Of a DNA stretch of 64,000 bases, positions 59,355 through 64,000 are shown piece after piece. Source of the DNA: Candidatus Spongiisociaceae bacterium (GTDB lineage: Bacteria > Actinomycetota > Acidimicrobiia > Spongiisociales > Spongiisociaceae); assembly GCA_965262915.1 (NCBI GenBank), contig OZ253564.1:2240001-2304000 (forward strand), given 5' to 3'. Position 1 is the stretch's first letter, and each line of letters starts with the position of its first letter. The notes under the pieces are model-generated. The model saw only the letters and a list, made by a program, of their open reading frames with translations, made no database searches and was not told the DNA's origin. The position numbers were made by a program, and so were the translations under genes.

Positions 59355-60058
59355 CCGTCATGGCCTACTGCATCGGGCTTTCCACCCCCAATCCGACCAT
59401 GGACCCCCCGTGTGGTGGGGGCGAGACAAATGGTCAGCGTGTCGGAGTCGTGAGCGCCAACCGAGGGTTGGGGAAGCGAACTTCGCACTCCCGCTTACCT
59501 CCGACATATACGGGGGGTCTCACGACTGATCATGTATTTACGAGCGGTTTGGGGGCGGGAGGCGTTCCCGCCATTGCCAGCTTCCGGGTAGTGCCGTGAC
59601 CGTGATGTTATCGACGCTCTCGACGCCGGACCGTAGGCCGCTCGAAGTCGAACTGGCCGAGGTGCGGCGCTTTGGCATAACCATGCGGTATGCGACGACC
59701 GAATACCAGGTGTTGCACCCATATCCGCTGGTCGCGAAAGGCCCTGCCACGAACTACCTAGACGACGTGAAAGAAGAGTACGAGTGACCTAAGGCTTGCT
59801 AACGGGCGGGTGGCTACGGATCGCTTTTCAAGTCGGCAGCGGCCCGCATCGGGCACTGTCTCGATCACGTCGGTTGGCCATACCAGCCAGGGGCGCGCGC
59901 TGACCGGTACCCGCGGTACGTGGCCCGCGAACATTCGTAAAGCGCATCGGCGTGATCTGCGGCGGTTATGCGGGCACCCGTTGTGGTGCTGGCGGATGTG
60001 GTGGGCTGCTCCGGTGAGGGTCGCGTCGAGGGTTTGTGACAGTGCTTCTACTAGATCC

Positions 60059-60074
60059 TGAGTAATGTTACTCA
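60059..60074. promoter_or_regulatory. Palindromic operator upstream of the AAA ATPase
   Basis: TGAGTAA-TG-TTACTCA perfect inverted repeat ~30 bp before the ATG. Confidence 0.6.
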
Positions 60075-60105
60075 ATAGGCGTGTTGATCCGGTACGCTCT
60101 TTGTT

Positions 60106-61365
60106 ATGAGGGGTTTCCAGCGTGCTCAGGTTGCGACTCTGGTTGAGCGGTTGTCGGAGCCGCCCGAGCGTCTTATCGCGATATTCGGCCCGCGACAGAT
60201 CGGCAAGACCGTGGCGGCTCGGCAGGCGTTTTCCTCGATTGGGTGTCCAGGCTCGTACGTGGCAGTTGATGAGCCCGACTCACAGGTGGCGACAGCTTGG
60301 CCGTCAACGGACGCCGCCGACGATTCTGTGTTGGCACCTGGTGTGCGCGACACTCGCTGGCTGACGGATGTTTGGGAGAGGTGCCGTCGCCAGGCGCTGC
60401 GCTCGGAGCGGGGGTACGTTCTGATCCTGGATGAGATCCAGAAGATAGATGGCTGGTCGGATGCGGTGAAGGGGCTCTGGGACGCGGACCGAGCCAGCGG
60501 CTGCCCTATGCATGTTGTTGTTCTGGGTTCGGCACCGTTGCTGATGCAGGCCGGTTTGAACGAGAGCCTTGCGGGACGTTTCGAGCCGATCCGGTTCGCG
60601 CACTGGTCCTATCCCGAGATGTCCGAGGCGTTTGGTCTCAGCCTGGCCCGGTACGTCTATTTCGGTGGCTATCCGGGTGCGGCTTCCCGAGTCCACGACC
60701 AACCGAGATGGAGCGCCTATATCAGGGACGCTCTGGTCGAGCCCATCATTGAGAGGGACGTGCTGTCGATGACGAGAGTCGACAAGCCGTCACTGTTGAA
60801 GCGTCTCTTCGATGTGGGTGCGCTGTATTCGGGGCAGGTGGTGTCGTACAACAAGATGCTGGGTCAGCTCCACGACGCTGGGAATACCACGACCCTCACC
60901 CGGTATCTCAAGCTTCTGTCGGATGCGGGTCTGTTGACGGGGCTGTCGAAGTACACGAAGCGTCCGATTTCCGCGAAGGCCTCCATCCCGAAGCTGAACG
61001 TGCTCAACACGGCTCTGATGGCTGTCGTTTCAGGGTATGACTTTGAGGATGCACGTGCGGATCGCAGCTTCTGGGGTCGTCTGGTCGAGAGCGCGGTGGG
61101 TGCCCATCTTCTTAACACTGCATCGTCTGGCACCGAGGTCAAGTATTGGAGGGACAGGAACTACGAAGTGGGCTTCGTTCTCCAAAGAGGCCCGCGAGTA
61201 GTCGGAATCGAGGTCAAGACGGGAACGGAGCCGGGGAGCCTCTGGGGCTTGGCCGAGTTCGAACGGCGTTTCCAGCCCCTGCGGACCCTGGTCGTGGGGA
61301 CAGGGGGCGAGCCGCTGCACGAGTTCCTGTCGTTGCCTGCGGATTGGTGGTTCGAGCCCGCATGA
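60106..61365 (+). CDS. ATP-binding protein (AAA_14 + DUF4143 with a PD-(D/E)xK-like C-terminus)
   Basis: GPRQIGKT, ILDEIQK, LGSA, ESLAGRF, GGYPG, GRLVESAV, YWRD..EV.F...IEVKTG. Confidence 0.93.
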   Translation: MRGFQRAQVATLVERLSEPPERLIAIFGPRQIGKTVAARQAFSSIGCPGSYVAVDEPDSQVATAWPSTDAADDSVLAPGVRDTRWLTDVWERCRRQALRSERGYVLILDEIQKIDGWSDAVKGLWDADRASGCPMHVVVLGSAPLLMQAGLNESLAGRFEPIRFAHWSYPEMSEAFGLSLARYVYFGGYPGAASRVHDQPRWSAYIRDALVEPIIERDVLSMTRVDKPSLLKRLFDVGALYSGQVVSYNKMLGQLHDAGNTTTLTRYLKLLSDAGLLTGLSKYTKRPISAKASIPKLNVLNTALMAVVSGYDFEDARADRSFWGRLVESAVGAHLLNTASSGTEVKYWRDRNYEVGFVLQRGPRVVGIEVKTGTEPGSLWGLAEFERRFQPLRTLVVGTGGEPLHEFLSLPADWWFEPA

Positions 61366-64000
61366 GCCTCATCGTCGACCGAACCTGCACCGAGATCGAG
61401 ATGGATAGCGACGGCTTGGTCCGTCTTGGTGACAGCAAACCTTTGGGTGGGTTCCGATCGACGCCGGCCTATGTGCTGCTTGGCGATCCCGGCGCCGGCA
61501 AGACGACCGAGTTCGGAAGGGAAGCCGAAATGATGGCAGCGTCAGGCGAAAGGGCCGAGTACGTGAAGGCCCGGGACTTCGTCACGCTGCATATCGACTC
61601 GCATCCGGAGTGGCATGGCAGCGTTCTGTTCATCGACGGCCTCGACGAGATACGATCAGGGTTGGTGGACTCGCGACCTCCGCTGGATGAGATCCGCAGC
61701 CGCTTGGAGCAGCTCCGGCCGCTGGGTTTCCGTGTCTCCTGTCGCGAGGCGGACTGGTTAGGCCACAACGACCGGCAGAACTTGGCGGTCGTCTCTCGGG
61801 ATTCGCGCATAACCGTTGTCCGGTTGGACCCGCTAGACCACAAGGCGGTCGGGCAGATGCTGGCTCAAGAGATCCCCGATTCAGAGATACAGGATTTCAT
61901 CGAAAACGCTCTGTCGTGGGATATCTGGGACCTGTTGGAGAACCCTCTCACACTGCAACTGCTGGTGGCAGCGATCAGCCAAGAGGGCGGTTGGCCACAG
62001 AGTCGACGCGAGACGTTCGAGATGGCCTGCGAGAAGTCGGCAACCGAACAGAACCAAGAGCATCTAATACCGGCCACTTCGGAGTCGTCGACGGCCCTCA
62101 TGAATGCTGCCGGGTATCTCTGTGCTCTGCAACTGCTCTCAGGCCTTGAGGGATACTCACTCCAACCCGGGCTACACGACCCTTCATTCTGGGCTTTGGG
62201 CGACCTCGATGAAACGGTACTTCCTATCCCAAAGCCCAGACTAAGGCGGGCGTTGGCTACGAGGCTGTTTACCGCCGATGACGAAACAGGATTCCTACCT
62301 CGTCATCGCCAGCTGGCGGAGTTCCTCGGGGGCCGCTACCTGGCGAAGCTCGTTAAGGACGGGCTACCCGCCCGAAGGGTGACGGCTCTCATGACAGCTC
62401 CCAGCGATGGACGGGTAGCAACAGCACTCCGAGGCCTGTCGGCTTGGCTAGCGGCACACTCCGCCGAGGCGCGCAGCCTGCTGATCGACTCAGATCCAGT
62501 AGGTGTAGGCCTCTACGGTGACATCAGCGGTTTCAGCACCCGCCACAAGAAACATCTGCTCACGTCGCTGGCTACCTTCGCAACGCAGGGAGCCCTGCTG
62601 GGTTACGGATGGCGTAGGCTCCCGAACGGCGGGTACGGGGACGAAACCGCGTGGGCCTTTCGATCCCTTGTATCCGAAGAAATGGTTCCTGCTTTAGAAG
62701 ATCTGCTCAAACGAAGCGGTGACGAACCAACCACCGACCGGGTCCTCGAGTTCGTGCTACAAGTGCTATCAAACGCCGAGAACACGGATTTGGGACGTCT
62801 GGAGACCCTGGTCCCGGAGGTGGAAGCGATCCTGTGGGATCCGGGCCGACCATCCCGGATACGCCAAGCTGCCCTCGAAGCATACATTCGGGTAGCTCCG
62901 CCGGGTGACACCAAGACACTCAGGCTGAGAGTCGTCTTGGATGCAGTCCACAACCGCACGATCCCTGACCCTGACGACCAACTCGCTGGAACCCTACTGC
63001 GTCACCTCTACCCCAACGACCTCCCACCGGCCGAGGTTTGGCAGTACGCCGGACCTCGGAACAGCCATAGGGACATGCGTAGTTTCTGGGGGTTTTGGGA
63101 CCGTGTTCTCCTCAGGAAGTCATCGCACGAGCAGATCGCGGGCCTGCTGGATGCTCTCTACGAGAATTCCTCCGACATAGTCCCGGTGCTGCAGGACTCC
63201 GGGTTCGAAGACCTACCGGTTCGGCTTCTGGCACAAGGCTTGCGGGCGATCGGTGACGACATCCACCTGTCCCGTCTCTACCAGTGGCTGACCGCTACTG
63301 TCCCTCCGCTCAGATGGCGACGCACTGCCGACGAAGATGTCGACTACGTGCGAACCTGGCTCGAGGATCGACCCCAGATTCAAAAGGCGATGGTTCTGGG
63401 GCGGCTAAAGCCGAATGACAATCCCTACCGCTTCGCTTCGTACCGCGGCTATGCCGGTGATGTCCTACACAACAGCAGACTCCCGGCCGACTTCGGGATC
63501 TGGTGCCTTGATCAGGCGATACAGGTCGCTGCGACGGATCCGGACCTCTCACAGACGCTACTGAAAGAGTCGTTCTACTCGTTGAGGGATCCCAAAATCA
63601 GCAGGGGGTTGACACTCGAGTTGATGCAGGAACGGGTGAGTGGGCTTGCGGCACTGGAGAGACAACTTCAGGAGCTAGACGCATCCCAATCGTCGGCAAC
63701 TTCCGCCAATCGTGATGCACCTTGGCGGAAGGAGATGGAAGAACTCAGAGAACAGCAACTTAAGGAAACCAAGAAACGCCGCGACGACTGGGCACACCAT
63801 CTGCGCACGCAGGAAACCGAACTAAGAGCAAACACCTTCCCCCCTCACAACCTCCACTATCTGGCCCTGGTATGCCTTGCGGAGGGGAGTGGCGTCTACC
63901 CGTCACCCCCCGATCGTATAGAAGACTTGGTCGGCGACGACCGCCGCCTCGTCGAGGCTGTCATGGCCGCGCTGCGCGGTGGCCTGTGGCGCGACGACGT
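61362..64000 (+). CDS. Large NACHT/STAND NTPase (partial, runs off the window)
   Basis: ATGA overlap with the AAA gene; Walker A LLGDPGAGKTT, Walker B LFIDGLDE, SCREADW, NPLTLQLL, HRQLAEFLGGRYL; frame appears open to 64000. Confidence 0.88.
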   Translation, partial: MSLIVDRTCTEIEMDSDGLVRLGDSKPLGGFRSTPAYVLLGDPGAGKTTEFGREAEMMAASGERAEYVKARDFVTLHIDSHPEWHGSVLFIDGLDEIRSGLVDSRPPLDEIRSRLEQLRPLGFRVSCREADWLGHNDRQNLAVVSRDSRITVVRLDPLDHKAVGQMLAQEIPDSEIQDFIENALSWDIWDLLENPLTLQLLVAAISQEGGWPQSRRETFEMACEKSATEQNQEHLIPATSESSTALMNAAGYLCALQLLSGLEGYSLQPGLHDPSFWALGDLDETVLPIPKPRLRRALATRLFTADDETGFLPRHRQLAEFLGGRYLAKLVKDGLPARRVTALMTAPSDGRVATALRGLSAWLAAHSAEARSLLIDSDPVGVGLYGDISGFSTRHKKHLLTSLATFATQGALLGYGWRRLPNGGYGDETAWAFRSLVSEEMVPALEDLLKRSGDEPTTDRVLEFVLQVLSNAENTDLGRLETLVPEVEAILWDPGRPSRIRQAALEAYIRVAPPGDTKTLRLRVVLDAVHNRTIPDPDDQLAGTLLRHLYPNDLPPAEVWQYAGPRNSHRDMRSFWGFWDRVLLRKSSHEQIAGLLDALYENSSDIVPVLQDSGFEDLPVRLLAQGLRAIGDDIHLSRLYQWLTATVPPLRWRRTADEDVDYVRTWLEDRPQIQKAMVLGRLKPNDNPYRFASYRGYAGDVLHNSRLPADFGIWCLDQAIQVAATDPDLSQTLLKESFYSLRDPKISRGLTLELMQERVSGLAALERQLQELDASQSSATSANRDAPWRKEMEELREQQLKETKKRRDDWAHHLRTQETELRANTFPPHNLHYLALVCLAEGSGVYPSPPDRIEDLVGDDRRLVEAVMAALRGGLWRDD

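Noticed and set aside
59596-59787. 63-aa ORF, possibly a gene 3' remnant
   Set aside because: Protein-like, but I cannot assign a family or a credible start
1-64000. tRNA, rRNA, CRISPR arrays and the many long antisense ORFs in the track
   Set aside because: No cloverleaf, rRNA or repeat-spacer pattern seen; long antisense ORFs are expected shadows in high-GC coding DNA

Overview
High-GC actinobacterial DNA, probably Acidimicrobiia-like. Cadherin and LRV-repeat fragments, many toxin-antitoxin (TA) loci and a NACHT protein suggest a host-associated (e.g. sponge) symbiont; this is inference only. The housekeeping backbone includes recA, a TPR protein, an SSB paralog, SURF1, YbaK, Trm112, HIT, a PotD-like protein, rnhB, metY, an acyl-CoA dehydrogenase, a trans-sulfuration enzyme, a 3-hydroxyproline dehydratase, msrA, a Na+/H+ antiporter, maf, an ATP-dependent ligase, a class I aldolase, gcvT-H-PA-PB and a cyclophilin. 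Two accessory regions interrupt it. The first (~12.4-20.4 kb) has three TA modules with broken toxins and intact antitoxins, a DUF222/HNH gene, and a decayed ISL3 with an intact IS110 inserted inside its right inverted repeat. The IS110 non-coding end reads as a bridge RNA whose four guide segments match the ISL3 terminus and the IS110's own ends; this is the strongest finding. The second (~45.9-64 kb) is a decayed defence/TA island with vapBC, mazEF, two Fic copies, an AbiJ-like gene, an AAA-DUF4143 ATPase and a large NACHT protein running off the window. Also seen: a shared TGTCACAG-N8-TANNNT (PafBC-type) promoter motif, LexA boxes, and hairpin MITE-like elements. No rRNA, tRNA or CRISPR array was found. 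All family assignments come from motif recognition by eye, not database searches.
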